The notes below the pieces were generated by a model, which was not told the origin of the DNA, ran no database searches, and saw only the letters and a program-made list of their open reading frames with translations. Below are positions 9,826-19,905 of a stretch of 64,000 bases of DNA, one piece after another (the first letter of the stretch is position 1; every line of letters starts with the position of its first letter). Origin of the DNA: Patescibacteria group bacterium (GTDB lineage: Bacteria; Patescibacteriota; Microgenomatia; JAMCZE01); assembly GCA_023485845.1 (NCBI GenBank), contig JAMCZE010000010.1, positions 89,448 through 153,447 of the forward strand. The letters are read 5' to 3'. The position numbers were made by a program, and so were the translations under genes.

Positions 9826-9891
9826 CTTTTGGTTGCAAAAGAAATTTGGGGCGGTATAATTGGAATCTGCTTTCTTCAAAAATAAAAGCTG

Positions 9892-11055
9892 TTATTGTGA
9901 AGCCTCGGACAAAGTGGCTTTGAGAGTTTGGGTTTGACTGTCGCGATAGATTGTTAGAGAAACGGTGTCCCCAGGTTTTTTGGAAGAAATTATTGCCGCC
10001 AGTCCCCCACCGGCGTCACGGACATTTTGATTATCAATTTTCGTGATAATGTCCCCCTGGGCCACCCCCGCTTGATCAGCCGGACTGCCGGAAACCACCG
10101 ACTGAACATAGGCTCCCTCGGGAATGTCATTTAAGATAGAAAGCTGTTGGGAAATCATGGTGTAATTGACGCCCAGAAATGCCTTGGCCGGAAATTTTCC
10201 TCCATTGGCCTCGAAAGTGTTGATCTCCTGTTTCACCAGATTAATCGGCAGGGCAAAACCAATGTTTTGGGCGTTTTGGGCCACAGCCACATTAACCCCG
10301 ATCACCTGGCCGGCCGAGTTAAGTAGCGGCCCGCCGGAGTTGCCGGGGTTAATCGCCGCCGACGTCTGAAGAATATTAGACAACTGTTCACCGGCGCCGG
10401 AGAATCCGTCCGGCGCGCCGGCAGTGATGAACCGGCCGATGCCGGAAATGACCCCGGTGGTCACGGTGGAGCGAAATTCTCCCAGCGCCGTGCCGATGGC
10501 CAAGGCAAACTGGCCCACCTGCAATTTATCACTATCCCCTAATTCCACTGTCGGCAAACCGTTCGCGGCGATTTTTAAAATTGCCAGGTCATTATTTGGA
10601 TCGCGATAAATCTGGGTCACATCATAGGTTTTATTATCTGAGGTGATCACCCGATATTTGGCCGTGGTGTCGGAAACGACGTGTTTGTTGGTCACAATCA
10701 GCCCGTCACTTCTGATAACAAACCCGGAACCAATATCCTGTTTAATCGGCTGGCTTGGCTGTTGGGGCATCATTTGGGGGAAAAAGTTACCAAAAGGGCC
10801 AAAATCAAAGTTCGGCGAGGAAACGGCCGGCGCGGTGGTGGTGATCCCCACTGTCACCACCGCCGGGGTGACTTTTTTAACTACATCAATCGTCGCCGAC
10901 TCTTCCGTTTCCACCCGCGTGGTCCCTGCCGGCGCTGGTCCCACCATCGGCCCGGACAAAAATTGCAACTGTCCGAACCGTTCCGATCCAAGGGCCAAGA
11001 GCACCACAATTACCAGAAGGCTGATGGCCAAAAGAATTTTCCTTGCATTATTCAT
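9892..11055 (-). CDS. htrA: HtrA/DegP-family serine protease with PDZ domain
   Basis: N-terminal TM, catalytic GNSGGPLLN, C-terminal PDZ. Confidence 0.85.
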   Translation of the reverse strand: MNNARKILLAISLLVIVVLLALGSERFGQLQFLSGPMVGPAPAGTTRVETEESATIDVVKKVTPAVVTVGITTTAPAVSSPNFDFGPFGNFFPQMMPQQPSQPIKQDIGSGFVIRSDGLIVTNKHVVSDTTAKYRVITSDNKTYDVTQIYRDPNNDLAILKIAANGLPTVELGDSDKLQVGQFALAIGTALGEFRSTVTTGVISGIGRFITAGAPDGFSGAGEQLSNILQTSAAINPGNSGGPLLNSAGQVIGVNVAVAQNAQNIGFALPINLVKQEINTFEANGGKFPAKAFLGVNYTMISQQLSILNDIPEGAYVQSVVSGSPADQAGVAQGDIITKIDNQNVRDAGGGLAAIISSKKPGDTVSLTIYRDSQTQTLKATLSEASQ

Positions 11056-11073
11056 AAATTATTCGCAAAAAGA

Positions 11074-12306
11074 TTAGGACGACGGACTGAGAATAACCTG
11101 AACCGCCTTGTCCAACTGCAAGTCTTGGGTTGGGTCGGCACTGTTATTCTCAACTTTAACGTCCGGGGTTAACCCCTTCCCATTAATCCAGTTGCCGTTG
11201 GACAGCAGCCATTTGGCAACAGTGACATGCAGCCCCGTTCCGTCCGGCAAATCCTCCGCTTGCTGAACACTGCCTTTGCCAAACGTCTGGTCGCCAACCA
11301 GTTTGGCCCGGCCGGCCGCCTGCAGCGCTCCCGCCAAAATCTCACCGGCCGAGGCCGTTCCCCCATTAACTAAAACCACCATCGGCACCGAAAGCAATTT
11401 GCCGGTGCGGTTAACGGAGAAGGTCTCATTGCCGGTTGTCCCTTGTTGAGTAACAACCACCCCGGAAGGGAGAAATTCACTGGCCGTGTAGACCGCCCCG
11501 TCCAAAAGTCCGCCGGGATTATTGCGCACGTCCAACACCAGGCCCACTGGTTTTGCCGATGACGTGGCTAAATAATCAGCGATTTGACTGACCGTTGTGT
11601 CCCACTGGAGATCGGTTTGATCGCCAAACCGAGCCAAATTAAGATAGACCACCGACTTGTTAATCACTTTCCAACTGACACTTTGAAGAATAATCGTGTC
11701 CCGGGTGACGACAACATCCACCGACTGGCTCCCTCCGGAGTGCAACACATTTAGGGTCACCTTGGTTCCTTTTGGACCGCGAATCAGATTAACCACTTCC
11801 GGCAAGGTCAAAGCGGAGATGTCCTGACCGTTAACTTTAATGATCCAATCGGCGGTTTTAATCCCCGCTTTTTGGGCCGGAGAATCTGGAAGAGGAGCAA
11901 TCACCACAGTTTTGTTGTCTTTGACTCCCAATTCCGCACCAACACCGTCAAAAGTCCCGTTCAGGGAATCCTTAGTCTGCTCATTGGCCGTCGGCGGCAA
12001 GAAAACCGTGTAGGGATCGCCAATAGCCGCGACCATTCCGGAGATGGCCCCATAGACCATTTTTTGGGTGTCCAGTTTTGACTTGTCAACATATTTATTT
12101 TCCAGCTCGTCCCAAACGCTCCAGAACAGGGAAAAATCCACGGGATTGCCGGATGGTGCTAATTTATTCACCACCGCCACATGTGGGGAAAAATTTTGCC
12201 AACTGACTTTGACTTGGTTGGTCCCCAATTTATAGCCCACCAACCCAAACAGCAACCCAATGGCCAAAATTAACGAAAATTTTCTAATAAATTCAAGACG
12301 AAACAT
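11074..12306 (-). CDS. ctpA: Carboxyl-terminal processing protease (S41)
   Basis: S41 motifs (GGTASAGEILAGAL, GDQTFGKGSVQ) and PDZ. N-terminal TM. Confidence 0.85.
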   Translation of the reverse strand: MFRLEFIRKFSLILAIGLLFGLVGYKLGTNQVKVSWQNFSPHVAVVNKLAPSGNPVDFSLFWSVWDELENKYVDKSKLDTQKMVYGAISGMVAAIGDPYTVFLPPTANEQTKDSLNGTFDGVGAELGVKDNKTVVIAPLPDSPAQKAGIKTADWIIKVNGQDISALTLPEVVNLIRGPKGTKVTLNVLHSGGSQSVDVVVTRDTIILQSVSWKVINKSVVYLNLARFGDQTDLQWDTTVSQIADYLATSSAKPVGLVLDVRNNPGGLLDGAVYTASEFLPSGVVVTQQGTTGNETFSVNRTGKLLSVPMVVLVNGGTASAGEILAGALQAAGRAKLVGDQTFGKGSVQQAEDLPDGTGLHVTVAKWLLSNGNWINGKGLTPDVKVENNSADPTQDLQLDKAVQVILSPSS

Positions 12307-12385
12307 AATATATATTTGAAATTATCGGCGAGACAGGTATCCTAGTGAGCGAGCATGTCACACAGAAAGTGACGCCGGGAGTGAA

Positions 12386-12733
12386 CTAGGATGTCGAGCC
12401 GAGAATTTTATTATCTCCATCAATTTCTCCGTTTTTTCCATCCATCTTCTCTAATTTTTCCGCCAGCTCTTTGCCGGCGTCCTGGTCGCCAAATTTCAAT
12501 AATACTAGTACAGGGAAATCACCTAAGTTCTGGAAATATTCAAAATCCCGCCAGTGCATCGTTGGCACCACCACCCCAACCGCTCCCACCACGCCCGCTT
12601 TCTCCAGGGTCGCCCGGGGAACAAAGCGGGTGAACACGGCGATTTTGCCTTCCAGCTCCAAGTTCACTTCTGGATCAACGGCGATTTTGCCGGAAACTTT
12701 TGCCCCAAAACCGATTTTGCCGGTGATAGTCAT
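12386..12733 (-). CDS. Hypothetical protein (115 aa). Gly/Val/Ile repeats are faintly bactofilin-like.
   Basis: ORF only. GKIGFGAKVSGKIAV...GKIAV repeats. Confidence 0.35.
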   Translation of the reverse strand: MTITGKIGFGAKVSGKIAVDPEVNLELEGKIAVFTRFVPRATLEKAGVVGAVGVVVPTMHWRDFEYFQNLGDFPVLVLLKFGDQDAGKELAEKLEKMDGKNGEIDGDNKILGSTS

Positions 12734-13107
12734 AGCTTCACAATTAACTTAGACTTGCCCATTCCGCTCCAGGAAAATGGCCTGACGTTAATTTTTGTTT
12801 TTTGTTCCGGGTTAAGAAGAAAAATTTCCACTTGGCCGGCAACCACCTCCCGATTTTTCTGGCCAGACACGCACACAGTTACTTTTGGCTTTTTCCCCTC
12901 GGGGACGACAATTAAATAATCCTTTTCATCAATCACCCCGGTGCCCAAGGTCGTGATCAGAGAACCCATTTGATAGGCCTCTTCCATCTCATCACTGTCC
13001 TTTTCCGGGCCGAAGATTTCCCGGTTGGCCACCCAATCTTCCAGTGTCACCGGATCCGGCGGAGATGTTAGAAAATGAGCCATCAATGAGTAATCAACCA
13101 TACACAA
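12730..13107 (-). CDS. Hypothetical protein (125 aa)
   Basis: ORF with 4-nt overlap onto the downstream gene. Confidence 0.35.
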   Translation of the reverse strand: MCMVDYSLMAHFLTSPPDPVTLEDWVANREIFGPEKDSDEMEEAYQMGSLITTLGTGVIDEKDYLIVVPEGKKPKVTVCVSGQKNREVVAGQVEIFLLNPEQKTKINVRPFSWSGMGKSKLIVKL

Positions 13108-13258
13108 TAATCAATAAAACCAATCATCCAATATCCAATTGAATTCAATACTCAATATTACCAATTACCAATCAATTTTGAAACCACGTAAATTGCGCAT
13201 TGGAAATTGTGGATTGGAGATTAAAAAATTGGAGATTGGTATTATTGGATTTATTGAT

Positions 13259-13492
13259 TCAAAGACCGCCGACAAAGGGGAGATAGGCCAGGTGACGGGC
13301 ACGTTTAATTTGGGTGGCAATGCGCCGCTGGTGTTTGGCACAAATTCCGGTGCGCGCGCGGCTAAGGATTCGCCCCCGCTCCGTCATAAAAGTCCGCAGT
13401 TTACTAATTTCTTTATAGTCCGGCTCCTTGTCCTCCTTACAAAAAGAACAATTCTTGGGCACCGGTTTAGGTTTGATAAATTTTCTATACAT
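13259..13492 (-). CDS. rpsR: 30S ribosomal protein S18
   Basis: [32 protein letters not shown] matches the S18 core. Confidence 0.9.
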   Translation of the reverse strand: MYRKFIKPKPVPKNCSFCKEDKEPDYKEISKLRTFMTERGRILSRARTGICAKHQRRIATQIKRARHLAYLPFVGGL

Positions 13493-13501
13493 AAATTCAA
13501 T

Positions 13502-14065
13502 TTAAAAAGGAATGTCGTCGATATTCACATCCTCGCCCGCCGGGGCTTGGGCGGAGACAGGTTCATCCTTCTTTTCAGATTTGGCAGCCTTCTTAGTTTT
13601 TGGTTTGGTTTCTTCCGCTTTTTCTTCTTTTTCTTCTGCTGGCTCAGCCGGTTCAGCAGTTGGAGTCACCGGCGCTGGGGCCGAGGCACTTTGCGCTGTC
13701 GCTCCCGCCCCCGGCGCTCCGGCACCCATCCGGGAATCCAGAAGAATCATGTCATCAATGACAATCTCGGTGATCGTGTGTTGGGCTTGGTCAGAGCCGG
13801 TGAATGTCCGAGTTTGGAGCCGACCCTCAACATAAATCTTGCGGCCTTTGGTGATTAACTGGCTGCAGAGTTCCGCCAGTTTATTCCAGGCCACCAGCCG
13901 GTGAAACTCTGCCTCTTCGCGGATTTCCCCGCCTTCCGTTTTCCAACTGCGGTTGGTCGCCAGCCCAAAAGTGGCAACCGCGTTGCCCTGGGGCGTGTAG
14001 CGCAACTCGGGATCACGGGTCACGTTCCCAATCAGCATGACTTTATTTAGTGACTTGCTTGACAT
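13502..14065 (-). CDS. ssb: Single-stranded DNA-binding protein
   Basis: OB fold (NKVMLIGNVTRDPELRYTPQG), acidic tail ending DDIPF. Confidence 0.9.
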   Translation of the reverse strand: MSSKSLNKVMLIGNVTRDPELRYTPQGNAVATFGLATNRSWKTEGGEIREEAEFHRLVAWNKLAELCSQLITKGRKIYVEGRLQTRTFTGSDQAQHTITEIVIDDMILLDSRMGAGAPGAGATAQSASAPAPVTPTAEPAEPAEEKEEKAEETKPKTKKAAKSEKKDEPVSAQAPAGEDVNIDDIPF

Positions 14066-14069
14066 GATA

Positions 14070-14162
14070 TTAATTTAAAATTTAAAAGGTAAAATGCAAA
14101 ATTACAATTAAAAATTAATAATTTTAACTTGGACTTTTAACTTTTAAATTTTGACTTTTGAA
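14070..14162. repeat. Copy B (diverged) of the AT-rich repeat. Its right arm supplies the last codons of rpsF.
   Basis: AAAATGCAAAATTACAATTAAAAATT...TTAACTTGGACTTTTAACTTTTAAATTTTGACTTTTGAATT. Confidence 0.7.
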
Positions 14163-14437
14163 TTAACTAACAAGTGTCGTAACACATTATCCATCAGCCG
14201 CAACTTCTTGTCCACCGTGGAAACCTTATCCGGAGCCATGGACACTTCAAAATAGAGATAAAAGGCCTCGCGCTGCTTCCCCACTTCATAAGCCAAGGGC
14301 TTTTTTGCCGGGTCTTTCTTGGACTTAATTTTTGCTCCTTGATCAGCAATTAGATCAGTCAGGTCCTTAACCGCTTTGTCCAATTCTTTCTGGGTCAATG
14401 TTGGTGCCAAAAGCACCGTCAGTTCATAATCTCTCAT
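14144..14437 (-). CDS. rpsF: 30S ribosomal protein S6
   Basis: MRDYELTVLL... S6 signature. The last codons lie in the repeat element. Confidence 0.9.
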   Translation of the reverse strand: MRDYELTVLLAPTLTQKELDKAVKDLTDLIADQGAKIKSKKDPAKKPLAYEVGKQREAFYLYFEVSMAPDKVSTVDKKLRLMDNVLRHLLVNSKVKI

Positions 14438-14486
14438 TCGGTACGATTGTACTTTACAAATCTCTCATAGTCAATATAATAAATGC

Positions 14487-15347
14487 ATGACCAGAGACTT
14501 CTTTCAGATTTTAGGTGTAAGCCGAAACGCCACTGACCAAGAAATTAAACAAGCATATCGGAGGTTAGCCAAAGAATTTCATCCCGATTCTAACCCGGGC
14601 GATAAAATCGCTGAGGAAAGGATGAAGGAGATTAACGTTGCTTTTGGCACAATTGACGAGGCAGACAAAAGAGAGGCCTACCTAGTAGAACTAATAAGAA
14701 GGGACTCTCAACCAAAAGTGGAAACCGCTGCCCCACGATGGCGTCCAGCCTACCAACCGCCACCAAAGACCAAGGTTTACGTCAATGATTTCACCGCTGA
14801 AGAATGGCAAAGCTTCGACCCAACCAAAGTTGAGAGCTGGGAAGAAATTTTTGGAACCACAGGTTTTGGGAAAATGATGGCTGAGGGCACTGCCGAGTTC
14901 CACCGCACTTGGGCTAAAACCTGGCTCTCGGAAAAACCAAGCTCGTTGCAAGACCTCTTCGCTCAGTCTCCAATTACAGAAGCCAAGGTTGCCCAGCATC
15001 CCTTTGGCATACTTGAGCAGAGACTCCAGTTGGGTAAAAATAACGCTCGTCTCTTAGCCATCCTAGTAAATCTCTACGAAACGGGTGAACACAAGAGTGT
15101 CGCCATCCCTCAAAAAGAAAACCATCTTAGTGAGAGGCAGGAATGGGCAAAATTATTTGGTAAAACCCCGTTTGCCTACATCATCAACAGACTCCAGGAT
15201 GAACCTAGAATCGACATCAATCCTTTGCAGCTTCTAACAAAACTACCTCAAATCGTTAGATATGACCGCCGTGTATCCGGAAACTACACTGGCAACGAAA
15301 AACTTCAGCGATTATCACTGGGCAATCGAAGCGATTCGCGGAATTGA
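14487..15347 (+). CDS. J-domain (DnaJ-like) protein with unknown C-terminal region
   Basis: J domain with HPD motif (YRRLAKEFHPDSNPGD). An overlapping +1 ORF at 15262-15540 hints at a frameshift or longer product. Confidence 0.65.
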   Translation: MTRDFFQILGVSRNATDQEIKQAYRRLAKEFHPDSNPGDKIAEERMKEINVAFGTIDEADKREAYLVELIRRDSQPKVETAAPRWRPAYQPPPKTKVYVNDFTAEEWQSFDPTKVESWEEIFGTTGFGKMMAEGTAEFHRTWAKTWLSEKPSSLQDLFAQSPITEAKVAQHPFGILEQRLQLGKNNARLLAILVNLYETGEHKSVAIPQKENHLSERQEWAKLFGKTPFAYIINRLQDEPRIDINPLQLLTKLPQIVRYDRRVSGNYTGNEKLQRLSLGNRSDSRN

Positions 15348-15542
15348 TTCTCTGGCCAAAGCTATCGCCAGAAATGACCAGGGCAACAACCTATCAAGAG
15401 AGATTACTGCAATCCAAACCTGGGAAAATCTCGTCAGAAATCCCGATACTGCATCTATAGAATTTGCCAATATTAAAACTCAGCTTGAACGAGTTACCCA
15501 GGAAGGAGTACCCGTACGGCCTGAGCAGCAAAGGAGATAGCA

Positions 15543-16553
15543 TCAAGTTCCCACTTTAAATTCCACCACGTCCCCGTCCTGCATTTCATAGTCTTTCCCT
15601 TCCAGTCGTGTTTTTCCTTGATCCCGGCAATTTTTCCAACCACCTTGACTAACAAAATCTACATAATTCACCACTTCGGCTTTAATGAAGTTTTTTTCAA
15701 AATCGGTGTGGATTACCCCGGCCGCCGCCGGGGCCTTGGTTCCCCGGGCAATAGTCCAGGCCCGAACCTCTTTGACGCCAGCGGTTAAAAATGAGATTAA
15801 ATTCAAAGACGCGTAAGTGGTGCTGATCAGCTGATCAACGCCGGAATCCTTGACTCCCAGGCTCTCCAGATATTCCTCCCGCTCATCGGCGGTCAGCACC
15901 CCCAGCTCCGCTTCCAATTTGGCGTCAATCACTACCGCGTCTTTGCCGTTATTCCGTAGATTATTCACTATTTCCTGTAATCCTGCCCACTGTGATGTGG
16001 TGTTCACATTAAGAACATAAATAATTTTCTTGGCCGTCAACAGTTGCAGCGGCTTCCCCGCTTCCCCCGCCATCTCCCCCCGATTTAGTCTTTGTTCAAG
16101 CTCAGAATTTTGAATTTTGAGTTTTGCCTTTTGATTTTCTATTGTCTGCAAATCTGCCAAAATTAACTCCGTGTTAATCACGTCGATATCCGACTTTGGC
16201 TCGCTGCTGCCCTCGCGAATCACGTCGTCATCGGGAAACGCCCGGACTACTTCGCAAATTAAATCCACCTCCCGAATGTGGGACAGAAATTTATTGCCCA
16301 GCCCCGCTCCGGTGGAAGCCCCCTTGACCAAGCCGGCAATATCCACAAACTGCACCGTCGCCGGAACAATCGGCGAATTATAAATCGCCGCCAGCTTATC
16401 CAGCCGCCCATCCGGCACCGGGACAATCCCCACATTGGGGTCAATGGTGGCAAAGGGATAATTGGCCACCAACGCCTGCTGCCGCCGCAAAAGAGCATTA
16501 AATAAAGTTGATTTTCCGACGTTTGGTAAGCCGACGATCCCTACTTGCAGCAT
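15543..16553 (-). CDS. ychF: Ribosome-binding ATPase YchF (Obg-like ATPase)
   Basis: [28 protein letters not shown]-terminal TGS-like [10 protein letters not shown]...HTDFEKNFI. Confidence 0.9.
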   Translation of the reverse strand: MLQVGIVGLPNVGKSTLFNALLRRQQALVANYPFATIDPNVGIVPVPDGRLDKLAAIYNSPIVPATVQFVDIAGLVKGASTGAGLGNKFLSHIREVDLICEVVRAFPDDDVIREGSSEPKSDIDVINTELILADLQTIENQKAKLKIQNSELEQRLNRGEMAGEAGKPLQLLTAKKIIYVLNVNTTSQWAGLQEIVNNLRNNGKDAVVIDAKLEAELGVLTADEREEYLESLGVKDSGVDQLISTTYASLNLISFLTAGVKEVRAWTIARGTKAPAAAGVIHTDFEKNFIKAEVVNYVDFVSQGGWKNCRDQGKTRLEGKDYEMQDGDVVEFKVGT

Positions 16554-16719
16554 ATAAGCAATATTTTAGCAGAAAATACGTCACTTTACGGACATACAAT
16601 TATAGGATATAATTTAGCCATGCTGGCGATTAAGCAGGAAATAGCGAAGAAATTAGTTCGGGACTTGTCGATGGGAATTACCCAAAGGGTGAAAAAGACG
16701 CCGCACGGATAAAGAGTAA

Positions 16720-16968
16720 CTAAGTCCTAACCCCATTTTCTTTCAGGAATCTTTTATACCAGTATTTATCTCCCACCCAGGAGGGACAATCTCCGTCATT
16801 GCCGATTCCCAATTCCGGATCGCCGCCCAGATCGGGGAATTTTTCTATTATTTCCGGCGCGTTGCCAATATCGCCCGGTTCGATTGGCCTTAGCCCTATA
16901 ACATTCAAGGCCTCTTTAATGGCCCCCGGCCGATGCAGTCCCAAATCACCATCTCTTGCTGCTTCCAT
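16720..16968 (-). CDS. Hypothetical acidic Gly/Asp-rich protein (82 aa)
   Basis: ORF only. Confidence 0.25.
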   Translation of the reverse strand: MEAARDGDLGLHRPGAIKEALNVIGLRPIEPGDIGNAPEIIEKFPDLGGDPELGIGNDGDCPSWVGDKYWYKRFLKENGVRT

Positions 16969-17448
16969 ATTTATATTTTACTCTGCTATACTTTTTTTGT
17001 GAAGAAGATTTGGCCAGTCGTGGTCTGGGTTGGAGTTTGCGAAGCGGCGGGGTTGGCAGCCACGCCGTTCACGGCCTCCGCGATCCCCGCCTGGTATGCC
17101 ACCCTGGCTAAGCCCTCATTTTCCCCACCTAACTGGGTTTTCGGGCCGGTGTGGACCACTCTCTATTTTTTAATGGGCCTGGCCGCCTGGCTGGTTTGGA
17201 AAAAACATAAATCCTTGGCGCTCTTCTATCTCCAACTGGCTCTTAATTTTCTCTGGTCGCTGCTGTTTTTTGGCTTACACTCCCCGATTTTGGGCCTAGT
17301 CGACATTATTTTTCTTTGGACTTTTATTCTTCTGACAATCAACCAATTTAAAAAAGTTTCCCGACCGGCCGCCTATTTACTCCTGCCTTATCTTCTCTGG
17401 GTCTCCTTTGCTGCCATTCTCAACCTTGCAATTGTGATTCTCAACTAA
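16933..17448 (+). CDS. tspO: TspO/MBR family (tryptophan-rich sensory protein). The true start is probably an internal GTG near 16999.
   Basis: PAWYATLAKPSFSPPNWVFGPVWTTLYFLMGLAAW matches the TspO signature. Five TM segments. Confidence 0.7.
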   Translation: MQSQITISCCFHIYILLCYTFFVKKIWPVVVWVGVCEAAGLAATPFTASAIPAWYATLAKPSFSPPNWVFGPVWTTLYFLMGLAAWLVWKKHKSLALFYLQLALNFLWSLLFFGLHSPILGLVDIIFLWTFILLTINQFKKVSRPAAYLLLPYLLWVSFAAILNLAIVILN

Positions 17449-17793
17449 CGTATAATAGAAACATATGGCGATGGATATTGAAACCACCGGGGCCGGACCG
17501 ACAAACTGCGCGGGATGTTTAAAAAACGCTGACAGTCTGGAAGCCGGTGGGCCGGTGCAATTACCCAAGGGCATCCCCGCCATCATTGCTTCCAGACACG
17601 CCTTATCCGGCAATGACTTCGTGAATGACTCCCTATCGGAAGATGAGCGAAAATCCATTCACGCCCAAGTTGTGGTTAATGTCAGTCCATGGCTTAGTGA
17701 CAAAGAAGCCTCGCCGACGTCACCGCATTGGGAATCACTTTGTCATCTATCTCCTGAAAAGCCAAAACCGAATAATTAGTCCTTCTTATCCTC

Positions 17794-17823
17794 TTGACAA
17801 CTATGTTATTCTGAAACTAATAA
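17794..17823 (+). promoter_or_regulatory. Sigma70-like promoter (TTGACA-18-TAATAA) upstream of the Cys-rich ORF
   Basis: Hexamers seen directly. Confidence 0.3.
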
Positions 17824-17854
17824 CAAAAACAAAGTGAAGGAGGTGAAAGAAAGA

Positions 17855-18049
17855 ATGAATTGTAATTGCGCTAATTGCAAACAATTAAATTGCGGTTGTA
17901 CCACTGGCGGCAAATCATGCACTTGTTCGCAAGGTTCTTGCGACGCCACTTGCCCGCAATGCGGCGACCATTGCATGAATGTTGATGGTTCCTGCTGCTG
18001 CGGCAAACCGGCAACAACACCCGCCGGACCCTCCGCGCCGACGGAATAA
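17855..18049 (+). CDS. Metallothionein-like Cys-rich small protein (64 aa from the second ATG)
   Basis: 14 Cys in CxC/CxxC/CCC arrays, no hydrophobic core, GAAGGAGGTGA Shine-Dalgarno. Confidence 0.5.
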   Translation: MNCNCANCKQLNCGCTTGGKSCTCSQGSCDATCPQCGDHCMNVDGSCCCGKPATTPAGPSAPTE

Positions 18050-18050
18050 A

Positions 18051-18350
18051 TTAATAGACCCTGATGTGATGGCGATGAAAGAAGCCAAAGGTGTGGTTCT
18101 GTTTTGCCAGTGGCCGAACGGGGCTATAGTTTAGGTTTTGGTCATGCACCCACCGATTTGTTGCCAAGTCCAATCGTTCATATCTTTGCTGCATTAATCC
18201 ACCATCTTGGGCACCAATCACCACCGTCACCAGGCGTAGGCTCTTACTAAGGTTTATTATCGCTGCTAAATATTCTTCGTTAGTCGGCAGGAGGTGCATG
18301 GGGGTTCTCGCAAACCGCCCTAGAGTGCTTTCAGACACTTCAACTGTCAT
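18051..18350 (-). CDS. Hypothetical protein (99 aa), convergent with the Cys-rich ORF
   Basis: ORF only. Confidence 0.25.
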   Translation of the reverse strand: MTVEVSESTLGRFARTPMHLLPTNEEYLAAIINLSKSLRLVTVVIGAQDGGLMQQRYERLDLATNRWVHDQNLNYSPVRPLAKQNHTFGFFHRHHIRVY

Positions 18351-18389
18351 AATATTAATGGGCAGTGTGCATATAATACAATATTAACT

Positions 18390-18995
18390 ATGAAAACTCT
18401 ACTCGCTTTTATTTTTTCCATTTTATCCGCCTTTTCGCCAAAACCAACCATTGCCCCGATTCCAGCTCCTGCTTTTTATTATCCAATTACTAATTATGCC
18501 TCCCGGTTGCAATTGCGGCCGTTTGGGCAATATATCAGCACTACCGACCAAAAAACCGTTGTCTGCGGAGCTGCTTTTGTTGGCTGGCACACCGGCGACG
18601 ATTTGGAAACCACCCCGGCGGAAAAAGACTCGCCCGCCCCCGTCTATTCCATTGCCGCCGGAAAAATTCTCCAGGTTTCCGCCGTGTCCGGTTATGGCGG
18701 CCTAATCGTCGCCGCCTACACTTTGGCCGGGCAAGATGTCACCGCCTACTATGGCCACGTTAATCTAACTAGTGCGCTGGCCGCACCCGGCGACAACGTT
18801 GCGGCCGGACAAAAATTGGCTGATTTGGGCGCGGCCTGCTCCGCCCAAACCGACGGCGAACGCAAACATCTGCACTTTGCCATCCACAAAGGCCCGACTA
18901 TTGATGTTCGGGGCTACGTGTCCACTCAATCAGAGCTATCCAACTGGCTCAACCCCGCTTTGGAACTTGCTAAACTTGGCGCGCATCAGATATAA
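18390..18995 (+). CDS. Secreted M23-family (LytM-like) metallopeptidase
   Basis: Signal/TM N-terminus. HTGDD, GHVNL, HLHFAIH match M23 HxxxD/HxH motifs. Confidence 0.75.
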   Translation: MKTLLAFIFSILSAFSPKPTIAPIPAPAFYYPITNYASRLQLRPFGQYISTTDQKTVVCGAAFVGWHTGDDLETTPAEKDSPAPVYSIAAGKILQVSAVSGYGGLIVAAYTLAGQDVTAYYGHVNLTSALAAPGDNVAAGQKLADLGAACSAQTDGERKHLHFAIHKGPTIDVRGYVSTQSELSNWLNPALELAKLGAHQI

Positions 18996-19003
18996 TAAAA
19001 GCT

Positions 19004-19216
19004 ATGAGTTTAGTGAAAACCGCCGAGATGTGCCGTCCTTGTGACCACTGCGGCGAAAAGGGGAAATGCGTTCTGAGCCACATATCCACCGCCGAACAAA
19101 TCAAACGTGAGAGAGACGGAGCTTGCGGCGACGCCCAGCAATCTGAAGCGAAAGAAAGGGTTGTCTATTTGCAAAGAGCTCTTGTTGACGGGAAGTGGGT
19201 TTGGGTTACCTGTTAA
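19004..19216 (+). CDS. Hypothetical small Cys-containing protein (70 aa)
   Basis: ORF only. Confidence 0.3.
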   Translation: MSLVKTAEMCRPCDHCGEKGKCVLSHISTAEQIKRERDGACGDAQQSEAKERVVYLQRALVDGKWVWVTC

Positions 19217-19218
19217 GG

Positions 19219-19905
19219 TTATTGCGTCACGATGCGGATGCGGGCGGAAGAGAGATAGCCGGTGGTGATGGTGGAATACATCTGCACCCGGTAGGTTTTA
19301 GATCCGGCGGAAAGAGCGATTGGGACAGAAAGATATTGATCGGTGTTGGAAGCGGAAGAAACCTCACTGCCCCAGATGATTGCCGGGGTGGTGGCATCAA
19401 AGAGGCGGGCATGAACTTCCCCGGAGGAAACATGCAGGGTGGCTTCAAAATAGGCTTGTTTAATCGTCCCGAAATTACTGGTGTCCAGCGTCACCTGGGT
19501 GGCCGTCAAATCTGTCCAGTTATTTGTTTGGCTCACACTTCCCGATCCGAGAAAAACGGATGACTCGCCTTTGGTGGAAACTGGAGCCGGGACACTGGCG
19601 GCGGGAACAGACACGGTTTTGGGAAGAGAATTAATTAAACTGACGCAGCTTTGGGGGCAGGAGTTATCGGTGGCCGCCGGAGTTGGTTGGGCGCCGCTCA
19701 GAGGGCTCTGCCCGGCGGGCGCGGTGGAAATGGTGGCCAAACGGTTGCCCAACTGGCTGAAACTGTCGGACAACGTTGCCAGCCGTGTTTGAAAATCACT
19801 TAAATCCCCGCCTTGCTTGACCACCATAAAATCAAGCAGCAAAATATTGGCGGCAAAAATGAAGCCAACGACACCAAGAACGATGGGCAGTCTACTTTCC
19901 CACAC
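19219..19905 (-). CDS. Membrane-anchored secreted hypothetical protein
   Basis: N-terminal TM, Ser/Thr/Pro-rich linker, C-terminal beta-rich domain. Confidence 0.45.
   Translation of the reverse strand: MWESRLPIVLGVVGFIFAANILLLDFMVVKQGGDLSDFQTRLATLSDSFSQLGNRLATISTAPAGQSPLSGAQPTPAATDNSCPQSCVSLINSLPKTVSVPAASVPAPVSTKGESSVFLGSGSVSQTNNWTDLTATQVTLDTSNFGTIKQAYFEATLHVSSGEVHARLFDATTPAIIWGSEVSSASNTDQYLSVPIALSAGSKTYRVQMYSTITTGYLSSARIRIVTQ

Noticed and set aside
13139-13858. 239-aa plus-strand ORF
   Set aside because: It lies entirely antisense to the well-supported rpsR and ssb genes. Its low-complexity Phe/Arg-rich translation is typical of shadow ORFs.
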